DNA of 64,000 nt, taken from positions 1,550,001 through 1,614,000 of the forward strand of contig BCGN01000003.1 in NCBI GenBank assembly GCA_001599295.1, written 5' to 3'. The notes below the pieces were generated by a model. That model had not been told where the DNA came from, searched no databases, and was given only the letters and a program-made list of their open reading frames with translations. The stretch is from Sporopachydermia quercuum. Lineage: Eukaryota. Positions 23,475 through 33,508 of the stretch are shown here, in pieces. The translations under genes were made by a program, and so were the position numbers. Each line of letters starts with the position of its first letter. Positions within the stretch are counted from its first letter, which is position 1.

Positions 23475-24349
23475 TTAGACCTTAACGGCATTAGCGGCAG
23501 CATTCTTTCTCTTGGTCAACATAGCCTGGGTCTTGGCACCCATGATACCACCACCCCAGTGCTTTCTGGTTTCTTCATACTTTTCAGTGAAGTTGGCGTT
23601 GATTGTAGAAACTAAAGTTGCCAAAGCAGATTCGTCTTCAGGTCTAACTTCAGTCAAAGCGGCGACAGAAGAGGTCTTCAAGTGAACTAAAGTTCCTAGT
23701 CTAGCCTTACCTTTGACAATGGCGTAAGGGACACCCATCTTTCTGCAAAGAGCAGGTAAGAAAACAACTAGTTCGATAGGGTCAACATCGTTGGCAATCA
23801 AAACCAACTTAGCCTTCTTGTTTTCAATCAAGGAAACAACGTGGTTCAAGCCGTACTTAACAACAAAAGGCTTGGAGGAAACATCTTCCTTCTTCTTACC
23901 TTCGGCAATAGCAGCGGCTTCCTTGGTGAGACGTTCCTTCTTTTCAGCGCTGGTCTCAGGTCTGTACTTGTTGAATAATTTGAAAGCGTTAGCAGCGGTG
24001 TTCTTGTCTAAAGTGTGTTGGAATTGAGCAATGGCAGGGGGGACCTTCAATCTGATGCTCAAGATCTTCTTTTGTCTTTGAAGTCTAACATATTCGGGCC
24101 ACTTGACAAATCTAGACAAGTTTCTCTTGGGTTGGAGATCTTGACCGATACCGAAATTTCTGGGCTTAGAAATAAGGAGGGGGTTCTTAGCACCACCTTT
24201 CTTAGATCCAGCTTTTCCGCTCAATGGGGCGGGAGCAACCTTCTTTCCTTTGGGAGCCTATAATAAATAGTTAGTCTCTGTTTTCGATCTCACTTCATCA
24301 ATGTTTCAGCACTAGAGCCTGTTGCTTCGCTAATTCTATCACATACCAT
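23475..24349 (-). CDS. RPL8: 60S ribosomal protein eL8 (L8/L7a), 2 exons
   Basis: ATG at 24349-24347; intron 24346-24258 (GTATGT..GACTAAC..TAG); then [11 protein letters not shown]...[23 protein letters not shown]...HWGGG; strong codon bias. Confidence 0.97.
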
Positions 24350-24487
24350 TTTTTTCCTGTTGATTATCCTTGGATGTATAAACTTCCTTGTATAGCTGGA
24401 TATTATCACAGAATATTGTTAACATCTGGTTGTGATAGACGTTCTAGTATTGTAAGTAAGAAATTATACAGGATCACATTCTAACTT

Positions 24488-24582
24488 GTTAGGGTCTGCA
24501 GTAGGAGGAGAGTGGGAAGCTAATCCGAAGTCTGCGTGGGTTTAGTGATTGAACATTATTCTATTTTGAAAAATTGTGACTG
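24488..24582 (-). promoter_or_regulatory. RPL8 promoter: Homol-D box and Tbf1-like site
   Basis: CAGTCACA on the minus strand (TGTGACTG at 24575-24582) and ACCCTAAC (GTTAGGGT at 24488-24495). Confidence 0.5.
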
Positions 24583-24873
24583 TTGAATTTGTTAGATATA
24601 TATTCGGTCCGGCCTATAAGTTACATAAGGAGATTTCGTGTTCATTATTATTGATTAGGTAATTGTCATTGCATAAATTAGCCTATTTGGGAATCTTGCA
24701 TGCATACCGCATATCATGCATATTAGTTCGTCCNACTTATCCTAATTCAACTTTTTGATATTTTTCGACCCAATAGCAAATGAAAACTGTATTAGTGTAT
24801 TCAACATTCATAAGTTCTCTTTCAATTTTTCCATCTTGGCTCAGTGTACTCGTGTTAATCCTGTTGTTCAGGT

Positions 24874-27396
24874 TCAATCACTCAACAGTGATTCAGGCAT
24901 CTTCATAATCATCACCACCAAAGAAGTCCACCCAAGAAAGTGTCTTACCCCCTGCCCTGCACCACTCTCTTGGTTATACTGTTCATAAGCATAATTAGTC
25001 GTCTCCCATTGTTTAAACACGTTGCTCACCAAATTTACTCTTAATTCCTTATACAGCGCATTTCCAAATGTCTTTACAGTTTCAGGCGTATTCTCTGATC
25101 CTTCACCTGCAACATAATGTTCTAACGCAGATAACACAAGATAATTCATGTTTATCCAAACTGGACCTCTCCAATAGTTCTCACCACTTCCGTAGTATGA
25201 ATCGTTCTTCGATAAGCTTCTGATTCCATATGGACTAAACAGTTCGCTTTCATTTCTGATCAGCTTCAAGACATCTAACAAATGTTCATTATCATTTGAT
25301 AGAAGCTTAAGCAAAAATGGGAACAACGAAACGTATCCTTTATGACATACATGTTCAATTTCATTATAATTATTAATCCATAAATCACAGTAAGCTTTCT
25401 CTTTATCAGACCAATGAACAGCATCAATATTCTTAACAATAGCTTCTTCTTTCAAAGCGAAATCTTGATAATCCTCTTCATATCCTAATAGCTTAGATAT
25501 CTCTTTCATCGATCTTGTCATAGTTCCAATCCATGATAATAAATCAACATGAAGCTCGCTATCATCAGGAACATCAGATCGTGGATAATCGTCAAGTCCT
25601 GATGCGAAACAATGTGAGGATGTTCTTCCTCTCCATCGGTAGCCTTCTTGAGTTGAAAACACCTCAAGGTCGTATTCATTCAAATCACCAGCTTGAGTCC
25701 TACGAAACCATTCATAATGCTTAACTAACTTAGGGTATATTTCATGTGCATAGTTGAACAATAATGACGGATAATTCAAATGGGCATCACCAACAATGCT
25801 TTCCTCAGCTTCGGGCTCAACATCAAGTTCCAGGCTGTTTTCATACTTATGACCATTCATTCTTTCATAGTCGAGATCCATACCATTATTCTGTTCATTA
25901 GCTTTACTATTAGCTTTCTCTAATAACGATTGGAAAACTAGCATAAGAGTTGGAGGGTTTGCATAGAAAGGATACTGAACTTGGAACTGTTCTGGAACTT
26001 TACTTCGAGATTCAGGTCCTAATATTTGCTCTCTAGCTATCCAACCAGAATCATCAATCAAAGAAAACCAGCTTTTAAGTACTTCCAATGCTAGGTCAGT
26101 ATCATACTCTAATATCGGTATTAGATGGAATCCTTCATCCCATAAGAATCCTCTTGGGAAAAAAGGTCTGCTTGGAACAGCCGTAAACAGTTGGAATGGT
26201 CCTTCTTCTTTGCCATGGTTTGATGTCTGTTGAAACTGTTTTAGCTCACTCTCATCAAAATCATCAAAGTCAAACTCATTGGTACGATCGACTAAAGACT
26301 TACCATAGAAGTAGCCAATTCCTCCCATAATATTTGATAGAAATGTTTCAGCAAATTCTCTATATTTTGCTGAATTATTAAAGGGGGCTTGAAACAGAAA
26401 TCTGTCGTTGAACTTAGTTTGAAAAGCGTTCAAGTGAGTACTGATTAGATCATCTAAGGATTCTACTGTAATACCTTTGTTAAGATTGATTGATTCCTGA
26501 TTATTAAACAGAATATCAAATTGGAACTCTCCTTCAAATACTTTCTGTGTATAATGCATGTTTCCTTTGAACTTATTTAGCTCTTGCAGTATCAATATAT
26601 TACTTGCTGGAGCCATACCTGTGTCAGAGAATTTCTCTTGGAGATCAGTTACCGAATCTTGTAACAGAGTAAGGAAAATTTCTTTGGCCTGCCAAACACT
26701 GTCATCAGGTACTGTAAGACTTACATGATGTGTTTTCTCGCAGTTCAGAAATTCAGCAATAGGATGATTAGTGATTGGATGTCTGTTATGCTTATTATCT
26801 GCTACTGCTAGTTCAAATTTTCCTAACTCTGGAGATGATCCCTTTAAAACCAAAGCTTCATCAGCTTCATATCCACTGGTTTTCTTCTCATTTTTCAAAT
26901 CCAGTTGCCCTCTGCCCTCTATTCCTGCGTAGAATACTATTGAAGTTTTCACGTTTACATAGCCCTCATAAGGTACACCTTTCACTCTCAATGCCCAATT
27001 GCCTTCTTCGTCTTTAACGAAATCGGTAGTCAAATGAACTTTGGCAGTATTATCGTGTATTTCCTGTCTTCCTCCAAGTCGAGGGTCATACTGAACCCAA
27101 CCAAATCCTTGCAGATCATCTTGCTGATCACACGCATGTCTCATAGATGTGACACCATTGAAATCATCAACATTCATCCACATCAGTCCAGTTAACAATG
27201 AATGTGGAATCCGGGGCCTTATTCCAACGTATAAATTGGATCTGTATGGACCCCATAGCAGCGTCTTATTATTTTGGCGGTTGAATTCCTTGAGAATCAC
27301 TTCATCTTCTGATGATATTGTGTACCCTGATGATGATTTGGCAATTGACAGCCATGTCAATGTTACCACTATCAGATGAAACAATGGTATATACAT
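24874..27396 (-). CDS. CWH41: ER processing alpha-glucosidase I (GH63)
   Basis: Hydrophobic N-terminus; LLWGPYRSNLY, PSRPFFPRGFLWDEGFH, GWIAREQILG, SGLDDYPR, NYWRGPVWIN, FLGWTSLV. Confidence 0.96.
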   Translation of the reverse strand: MYIPLFHLIVVTLTWLSIAKSSSGYTISSEDEVILKEFNRQNNKTLLWGPYRSNLYVGIRPRIPHSLLTGLMWMNVDDFNGVTSMRHACDQQDDLQGFGWVQYDPRLGGRQEIHDNTAKVHLTTDFVKDEEGNWALRVKGVPYEGYVNVKTSIVFYAGIEGRGQLDLKNEKKTSGYEADEALVLKGSSPELGKFELAVADNKHNRHPITNHPIAEFLNCEKTHHVSLTVPDDSVWQAKEIFLTLLQDSVTDLQEKFSDTGMAPASNILILQELNKFKGNMHYTQKVFEGEFQFDILFNNQESINLNKGITVESLDDLISTHLNAFQTKFNDRFLFQAPFNNSAKYREFAETFLSNIMGGIGYFYGKSLVDRTNEFDFDDFDESELKQFQQTSNHGKEEGPFQLFTAVPSRPFFPRGFLWDEGFHLIPILEYDTDLALEVLKSWFSLIDDSGWIAREQILGPESRSKVPEQFQVQYPFYANPPTLMLVFQSLLEKANSKANEQNNGMDLDYERMNGHKYENSLELDVEPEAEESIVGDAHLNYPSLLFNYAHEIYPKLVKHYEWFRRTQAGDLNEYDLEVFSTQEGYRWRGRTSSHCFASGLDDYPRSDVPDDSELHVDLLSWIGTMTRSMKEISKLLGYEEDYQDFALKEEAIVKNIDAVHWSDKEKAYCDLWINNYNEIEHVCHKGYVSLFPFLLKLLSNDNEHLLDVLKLIRNESELFSPYGIRSLSKNDSYYGSGENYWRGPVWINMNYLVLSALEHYVAGEGSENTPETVKTFGNALYKELRVNLVSNVFKQWETTNYAYEQYNQESGAGQGVRHFLGWTSLVVMIMKMPESLLSD

Positions 27397-28216
27397 GGTA
27401 GCTAATGTCCGTTTTATGGGATAGTGCTCATTATATGGTTAACCTCATATGGAGGAGGTTGAGTCATCAATGATGGAATAAATAGACAGTTTAAAACGTA
27501 AGATAATTGAAGATAAACGCTATCAACATATATGTCATAATTTAGCGGAATGGATCTTCCAGATGCAACCGGAAAAGGCAACTGTTTCCTGAATAGGGAG
27601 TTACAGCTTTTATTTGGATAACAGTTTCTTTATTCAATTATATGCATGAGTTAAACATGAAGCACGCATACAGCAGCATGATTCATTAGTACTAGTTTGA
27701 GAATATTATCAGTGAATATAAATATACACCTAAACAATATCATATATATTATTATCAAGCAAGAAAGAAGTATTTATCACTGCTTTTAAGAGTTCTTGAA
27801 GTCTTTGCAACAAACTTTTGAGGCCATAATTATGAATCATATATCATGTCTCATTGGTGGTGATACTCGATTTATCATATTTCTGATTACCTAATCTTAG
27901 GATGCTACTGATAGGAAGCTTGTTATTATTATAACTATATCACACTATCACCTAATGGTACATTAGTTCCCAATATATATTACACTTTTATATTTACAAG
28001 ATTACATGATAATTGATGATTATTTCTATGACTGTGTTGAAGTTTTGGTAGTATCAGACGTCTGAGTTGAGAGGATGCTTAGCTTGCCTGCGCATTCTAT
28101 CGTTTACCATCATTTACCAGTGATCTCTCAGTTCCATGATATGAGTATTGAATATCACCAATTCTCAAGATATAACTTTAAAATTTGCTGGCTTGCATTG
28201 CACCAACCGATAATGT

Positions 28217-31200
28217 TCATTTGAAGCCGCCGACTTTCCGCTTTCTAGCTTTACTCTTTACCTTAGTTCCTCTTTGAGACAATGACATTTGAGACGCTGG
28301 TTGCTGTTGACTGAACTGCGACTGAGACTGGGACCTAGAAAATGCCTGCGAATCAGATTGATATGCTAAATCAGTATGAACGGTCATCTGCGAATTGGAA
28401 AGCGAGTTGATATCGCCACCATCAAATGAGGAATCAGGTAATTGTGTAAAAGATGCATCGGCACTAGGCTGAGACGATGCTGGCCATTGATGTGACGTCC
28501 TATCTGGTTGTGACTGTGATAGTCCAATTGTAGGTAAATCAGGTTGCGAAAGGGTTGTTTCAAGCTTTTTTTGTAGTTCCTCCCGTTTCCTTCTCTCTCT
28601 CTTCGACATCTTTTTCTCTTTCTTCCCATGCCATATCTTTAATACTTCAATGGACACTTCGTCCAATGACAAACTAGCAACAACTTTTTCTAGCTGATCA
28701 ATCACAGGATTATCATTGTTTTCACCTTTCTTACTATGTGATTTCTTCTTACTTTTCGTCTCCTCGCTATGATACTTTTGGCTTTGGCTTTGGCTTTCAG
28801 TGATTTGACTTTCAGTGATTTGACTTTCAGTGATTTGACTTTCATTTGCTTCAGTTTCATCAGTTTCATCAGTTTCTATTGGCTGCACACCTCTAGACAG
28901 ATCTTTAGTAGAATAGAATCTATGACAACCCAACACCAAGTCAAGGATTGCTGAATTGCATACAAATCTGGTTAATCTCCTTCTCATTTCTTTGTACCTC
29001 TCGAGCCCATCACTAGAACTATCTTCTGTGGTAGCAGTAGCAGTAGTCCCTAAGCCTTTGATGAAAATAGGTATTATAGCTGTCACAGCATGTTCTATAG
29101 TTGATTCAATGTTCACTGGAATACCAAACAACCTTCCGGGGATAAAAGATTTCTCTAAATCAAGAAACCGTATTTGATGTTGAGAAAAGAACTCAAAAAA
29201 CTGAGTAAGCATTGAATCTACTTCACTGGTATCGTGAAATTGGGGTCGATAACTTGTTAGTTCTCCTAGAATACCAATTTTCGGGACAGATGAGAGTGTG
29301 AGGTTTCTAGGAATGGATTTTTTGCTTAGCTTCTGAGCTGGTTTATGGGTGGGTTTCTTATTGGACTTGCTGTTGACATCTTCAGTAGATTCGTTGGTAA
29401 GTTCCTCAAGATCTATATCATCATTATTATTATTGTTTANTATATCTACATTTGCTTCTTGGTGATTCTCCTCGGTATTCTCCGGTTCACTGTTCTTCTC
29501 CTTATTCTTTTCCTGAAAAACCGCCTGACTAAGCTGAAACGCAAGGTTCTGGATGTTGCTGATCTCCTCGTCATCATTGACGCCATCAGACATATCTATC
29601 ATACCCATAATCAGCCGGAAAAATTTCTGATAATGCCCCATAGCTTCTAACGAGATTTTATACTTGTAGATTTCCCTTTTACCATAGTTCAACAGTTCCA
29701 TGTCTTGGAGCATAACTCGAGTACGGACCGGCTCTTTATCTTTCAAAGCCAAAGGTCTTCCATTGTTTTTACTCTGTAATGCCAGTAAAGTACTGAACAA
29801 GTCAAATCTGTCAAGGAGTGTAAATCTGCTGATTATGCCATTGCGCTGAGTGAAAATGCAAGTTTGCACGTTGATGTTCATATTCAGATGTGTAAAATTA
29901 GGTATATCGTAAGGCCTATGAATAATTTTTGGTACTCCGTCGATAATACCAAATGAATATACTATAGCCAGAGAGGTCAGGTTGCTTTGCACGGCTATTG
30001 AAACAAATCTTGATGCAGAATGACCGTTTTCACTGGGAAAGATTGTCATATATAACGAAGGATCTTCAGAGTCAAGAAAATGCTTCCAGCTAATGATTTG
30101 CTCTATTAATGGTTTACCTTCAGATGTGGTAAAGTAGGTAAACCAGGTCAGATACTTTGACGTTAGTATGAAGTAATCATTGGCATTTCCAGGAGAAGTA
30201 GTGATATCCTTTATTTCTATTTTATCGTTTTCAAGAAGCACATCGCTTAAATCAAACAGCAAGCTTTTTCTATCGTTCTGAGAATCTGGGCTTCTTTCTG
30301 CTAGGTTTAGCTCTAATATACATTTCCGTGACAATAGTAGTATCCTATCATTTTCAGGACTCCAAATACATTTTTTGAATCCCGAAATGCTGTTTTGTCC
30401 AGCGAAATACCCATTGCCAATTTCTACTATCTCTACCTTCAGTGTGCTGGACTTTTTCTTATAGTAATCCAAAACATAAAGCTTCCAGTTGCCATCAATG
30501 TCAATAACAAAAATATGTTCTAAGGTACCAGGATTATAAGCTAAATAACTTAGTTGATTCAAACCGGAAGTATTAGCAGCTGCCAGTAGCTTCAAGGTGA
30601 TCGAAGGTGACTTTCTATCGCTGGAGTCAATAATCAAGTGGAATATCAAGAACGAAGATATTGTTCTTACTACTAGCTTGTTCTGTTTGAATAATGGTTT
30701 TTCCACAGAATGTTTTGGTTTTGAAGAATACTCCAGAAACACTAATTGCTGAATTCTGAAGCCAAGATCAATAGATTCAAGATTTCTAATATGAGGGTAC
30801 TGGACAGTATGGGTGCTGCTGTCTTGGTCAGTATTATCCTCGAGGCTAATGGTAGTATCAACATCAGTTCTACCAGTTTCACTAGCATCGCCTTTCTGCT
30901 TCTGCTGCAGCTTCTCTAGTTTATAAACTACAGGGGAAACATTCAATACGGTGCCGAATTTCCCAGAGGCAAAAGCTATTATTTCAATTCCATCTATAGT
31001 TATAGCCGTTAACAATCTTCCGATACTGGCATCATAGCTATCATCCATAGAATTGAACTTTCTTGATTCCTGCTGTAGCTTTGATACAACATTATGATCA
31101 ACAGTGAAAGATTCCTGCTGTAGCAGCACATTCAAATCCTCATTTTCAATTACTATATCTTGTTCATTTGCATCATGAACTAGCTGTATGAACACTTCAT

Positions 31201-31432
31201 TCTCGTTATCATTCAGTCTACCTGATTTCCCTAGCTCCTCGCTGGGTAGAATAAGCTGTCTGGTTGAGAATTCAATCTCTTTATACTTTTTGATATTTTT
31301 CCTTGAGCAGTTCGGGCTGTAGTGCTTTGGAAATATAAATGGATGATCAGGAAATGAGTTAGGTAAATAGGCTAGTTGACCATCTAGACCATAAGACAAT
31401 GGGAGATAACCCTTCGTCTCGTTGAACCACAT
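28217..31432 (-). CDS. RRN6: RNA polymerase I core factor subunit Rrn6 (TAF1C-like)
   Basis: MW...LSYGLDG N-terminus, beta-propeller-like middle (SWKHFLDSEDPSL), SQ-rich tail ending in basic RKRKVGGF. Confidence 0.75.
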   Translation of the reverse strand: MWFNETKGYLPLSYGLDGQLAYLPNSFPDHPFIFPKHYSPNCSRKNIKKYKEIEFSTRQLILPSEELGKSGRLNDNENEVFIQLVHDANEQDIVIENEDLNVLLQQESFTVDHNVVSKLQQESRKFNSMDDSYDASIGRLLTAITIDGIEIIAFASGKFGTVLNVSPVVYKLEKLQQKQKGDASETGRTDVDTTISLEDNTDQDSSTHTVQYPHIRNLESIDLGFRIQQLVFLEYSSKPKHSVEKPLFKQNKLVVRTISSFLIFHLIIDSSDRKSPSITLKLLAAANTSGLNQLSYLAYNPGTLEHIFVIDIDGNWKLYVLDYYKKKSSTLKVEIVEIGNGYFAGQNSISGFKKCIWSPENDRILLLSRKCILELNLAERSPDSQNDRKSLLFDLSDVLLENDKIEIKDITTSPGNANDYFILTSKYLTWFTYFTTSEGKPLIEQIISWKHFLDSEDPSLYMTIFPSENGHSASRFVSIAVQSNLTSLAIVYSFGIIDGVPKIIHRPYDIPNFTHLNMNINVQTCIFTQRNGIISRFTLLDRFDLFSTLLALQSKNNGRPLALKDKEPVRTRVMLQDMELLNYGKREIYKYKISLEAMGHYQKFFRLIMGMIDMSDGVNDDEEISNIQNLAFQLSQAVFQEKNKEKNSEPENTEENHQEANVDIXNNNNNDDIDLEELTNESTEDVNSKSNKKPTHKPAQKLSKKSIPRNLTLSSVPKIGILGELTSYRPQFHDTSEVDSMLTQFFEFFSQHQIRFLDLEKSFIPGRLFGIPVNIESTIEHAVTAIIPIFIKGLGTTATATTEDSSSDGLERYKEMRRRLTRFVCNSAILDLVLGCHRFYSTKDLSRGVQPIETDETDETEANESQITESQITESQITESQSQSQKYHSEETKSKKKSHSKKGENNDNPVIDQLEKVVASLSLDEVSIEVLKIWHGKKEKKMSKRERRKREELQKKLETTLSQPDLPTIGLSQSQPDRTSHQWPASSQPSADASFTQLPDSSFDGGDINSLSNSQMTVHTDLAYQSDSQAFSRSQSQSQFSQQQPASQMSLSQRGTKVKSKARKRKVGGFK
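28794..28843. repeat. 15-bp tandem repeat (x3+) encoding ESQIT in RRN6
   Basis: ctttcagtgatttga repeated three times; adjacent 9-bp tcagtttca repeats encode ETD/ETE. Confidence 0.9.
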
Positions 31433-31884
31433 GGAGTGCTTGTGAGTGTATGGAGGTGATTATTCCATGTCAATTGGTATAAATCCCCAGGTTTCCACAA
31501 GCTTATGACCACTTTCAAAGTCCCTTGTGCGTATTTTCGATTAATTTGTTGAGTTGTATTCTCTGACATTCATTATTTAGCAATAGCTAATATCAACACT
31601 TCTTCCATATATGAGGCAGATGACCAGAATGCAATAACTGCTTCAGAAGCAACATTAAACACAATAATAAAGAAATTTTGGTTAATATCAACAGACCGTC
31701 CGTGATACTTACTGTAAATGGCAGTTTATTCGGACAACTGGATTGGTTTCGGATTGCCTCAAATTCATCACGTGTATTTTGTCCTAGTAGCACTCTCGGA
31801 ATTTCAATCCGTATTAGGGAGTTTTTTGCAGGTAAATTCTTATGTCCCAAATCAGATTCTGTAGTTATTGCCTGAGGGTTCTAC

Positions 31885-32062
31885 TCGCGTTCAATAGCTA
31901 AAAGATTCACCATATAAAGAAGGTTCTGAGGACAGTTTCGCGTCTCGTTGTAGCGACGATAAGCAATGATTGTTGTGTATGATGTAGTTTATTGGTTATC
32001 AAATAGACAATTATGGTTGTTTTGTTAGATAATTCGTCGTAAGTGATATTGATTTTGCGCGT
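31885..32062. promoter_or_regulatory. MCB/SCB-like elements in the RRN6/NSE3 divergent promoter
   Basis: TCGCGT at 31885-31890, TTTCGCGT at 31936-31943, GCGCGT at 32057-32062. Confidence 0.4.
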
Positions 32063-32143
32063 TACATGATATGCTCTTATTGGATATTGTCTTATTAGAA
32101 GTTTACTCGTCTTATTCAATAGCAACCGCGCAACACTTTCACG

Positions 32144-33127
32144 ATGCACAGCTCAGACTCAGATCAATCAGATGATGAAAGAACTGCTAGCAGCAACGAA
32201 ACCTCAGAGCAAGACAATGAAGAATCATCTAGGCAAAAAAGAATCGTCCAAAAGTTCATAAGATGTGTTCTATCACTTGAAGTTAACCGATCAAGTATCT
32301 CACGGGCTACATTAGTAAAGCATGTATGGACAGAGATGAATGAATCTTTAAGGACGTTTAAATTTCAACAGATCTTTAGCGATGCTCAAAAACAGTTAGA
32401 AAACGTGTTTGGGCTCAGGCTTGAGCCTTTGCCAAAAAAGGCTGCAAATACATTTGAGGCTAAACGTAAAGCAGTTCAAAAAGGTGAAATAGATGGTGAA
32501 ACTGGCAAAGGAAGCACTGGTAGCTATGTCTTGATCAATGTGCTTCCTGATCAATTTAAACAGGCAATGTACCCTCGATTGTTGGAAAGAAATCATAAGA
32601 GAATGATTGATAATGCTGCAGAGACAGAACCACGAAATACGTTTAAACGAAGGAAAGGTGATGCTTTTAGTAACCGTGATCTTGTACTGTCCGGGTTTGT
32701 ATTGGTAGTGGTTTCACTGATAATAGTGAACTCCAATCAAGCAACAGAATTAGAAATCAGAAAATGGCTCACAAGAATTTATTGTTCAGGTGATCATCGT
32801 GGGCCTCATCATGTGGAGAATGCAGTTCTAGAGAAAACTTTGGGCATGAATACAGTAGATTTACTGAAGCTGATTGAAAGGCAAGGATATGTTCAGAAAA
32901 GTGTTGAAAAGTCTGATGATCCTCAGGTCGGCGAGATAATCAGTTATACTATTGGACAAAGGGCTAAAGTGGAATTCAATACTGACGCTGTGTTGAGTTG
33001 GCTGAGAAGAATATATGGGCCAATGTGGAGTGAAGTTGAGACTAAAGCTGTTCATACTGTCAATGAAACGTTCCAAAAGACTGAAGAACCTGATGATGAA
33101 ACCGAAGACGTAGAAGGTCGAGTTTAG
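32144..33127 (+). CDS. NSE3: Smc5/6 subunit Nse3 (MAGE domain)
   Basis: KFIRCVLS, AQKQLENVFGLRL, GSYVLINVL, hydrophobic GFVLVVVSLII, QGYV and YTIGQRAKVEF, matching the MAGE winged-helix pattern. Confidence 0.85.
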   Translation: MHSSDSDQSDDERTASSNETSEQDNEESSRQKRIVQKFIRCVLSLEVNRSSISRATLVKHVWTEMNESLRTFKFQQIFSDAQKQLENVFGLRLEPLPKKAANTFEAKRKAVQKGEIDGETGKGSTGSYVLINVLPDQFKQAMYPRLLERNHKRMIDNAAETEPRNTFKRRKGDAFSNRDLVLSGFVLVVVSLIIVNSNQATELEIRKWLTRIYCSGDHRGPHHVENAVLEKTLGMNTVDLLKLIERQGYVQKSVEKSDDPQVGEIISYTIGQRAKVEFNTDAVLSWLRRIYGPMWSEVETKAVHTVNETFQKTEEPDDETEDVEGRV

Positions 33128-33508
33128 ATGTGTCACCATATTCTGTATTATGTATCATAAATTGAATTATATAGAACAAAGGTCATTAGCCGTAATGTAC
33201 GCATGTTAATACTGAAAACATTTTCTACTGTTAAAGTTGTAATGACTAGAATGTCACTTGCAATATTCGGAATTGCGTCTACAACCTTCCAATCATTTTC
33301 AATCAGCAATAACTGCTTTTTTTCAATGTTTTATTACCAGAATTAATTAATTAATGTGTAGTTGTTACTATGTGCCTGTCTTGTTTATATACTCATCTAT
33401 CACCATTTTTGTAGAGCAGCCTTCACATTATATGCAACATTCATGATCTTCCCTATTATCTAATAAAATATCACTTCCTCTCTTTATATAAGCTACCAGC
33501 TACCTTCT

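Noticed and set aside
28178..28219. Read-through of the RRN6 TGA would add TLSVGAMQASKF, ending in PTS1-like SKF
   Set aside because: Stop context TGA-ACA is not the leaky TGA-CTA type and Rrn6 is a nuclear factor; likely chance
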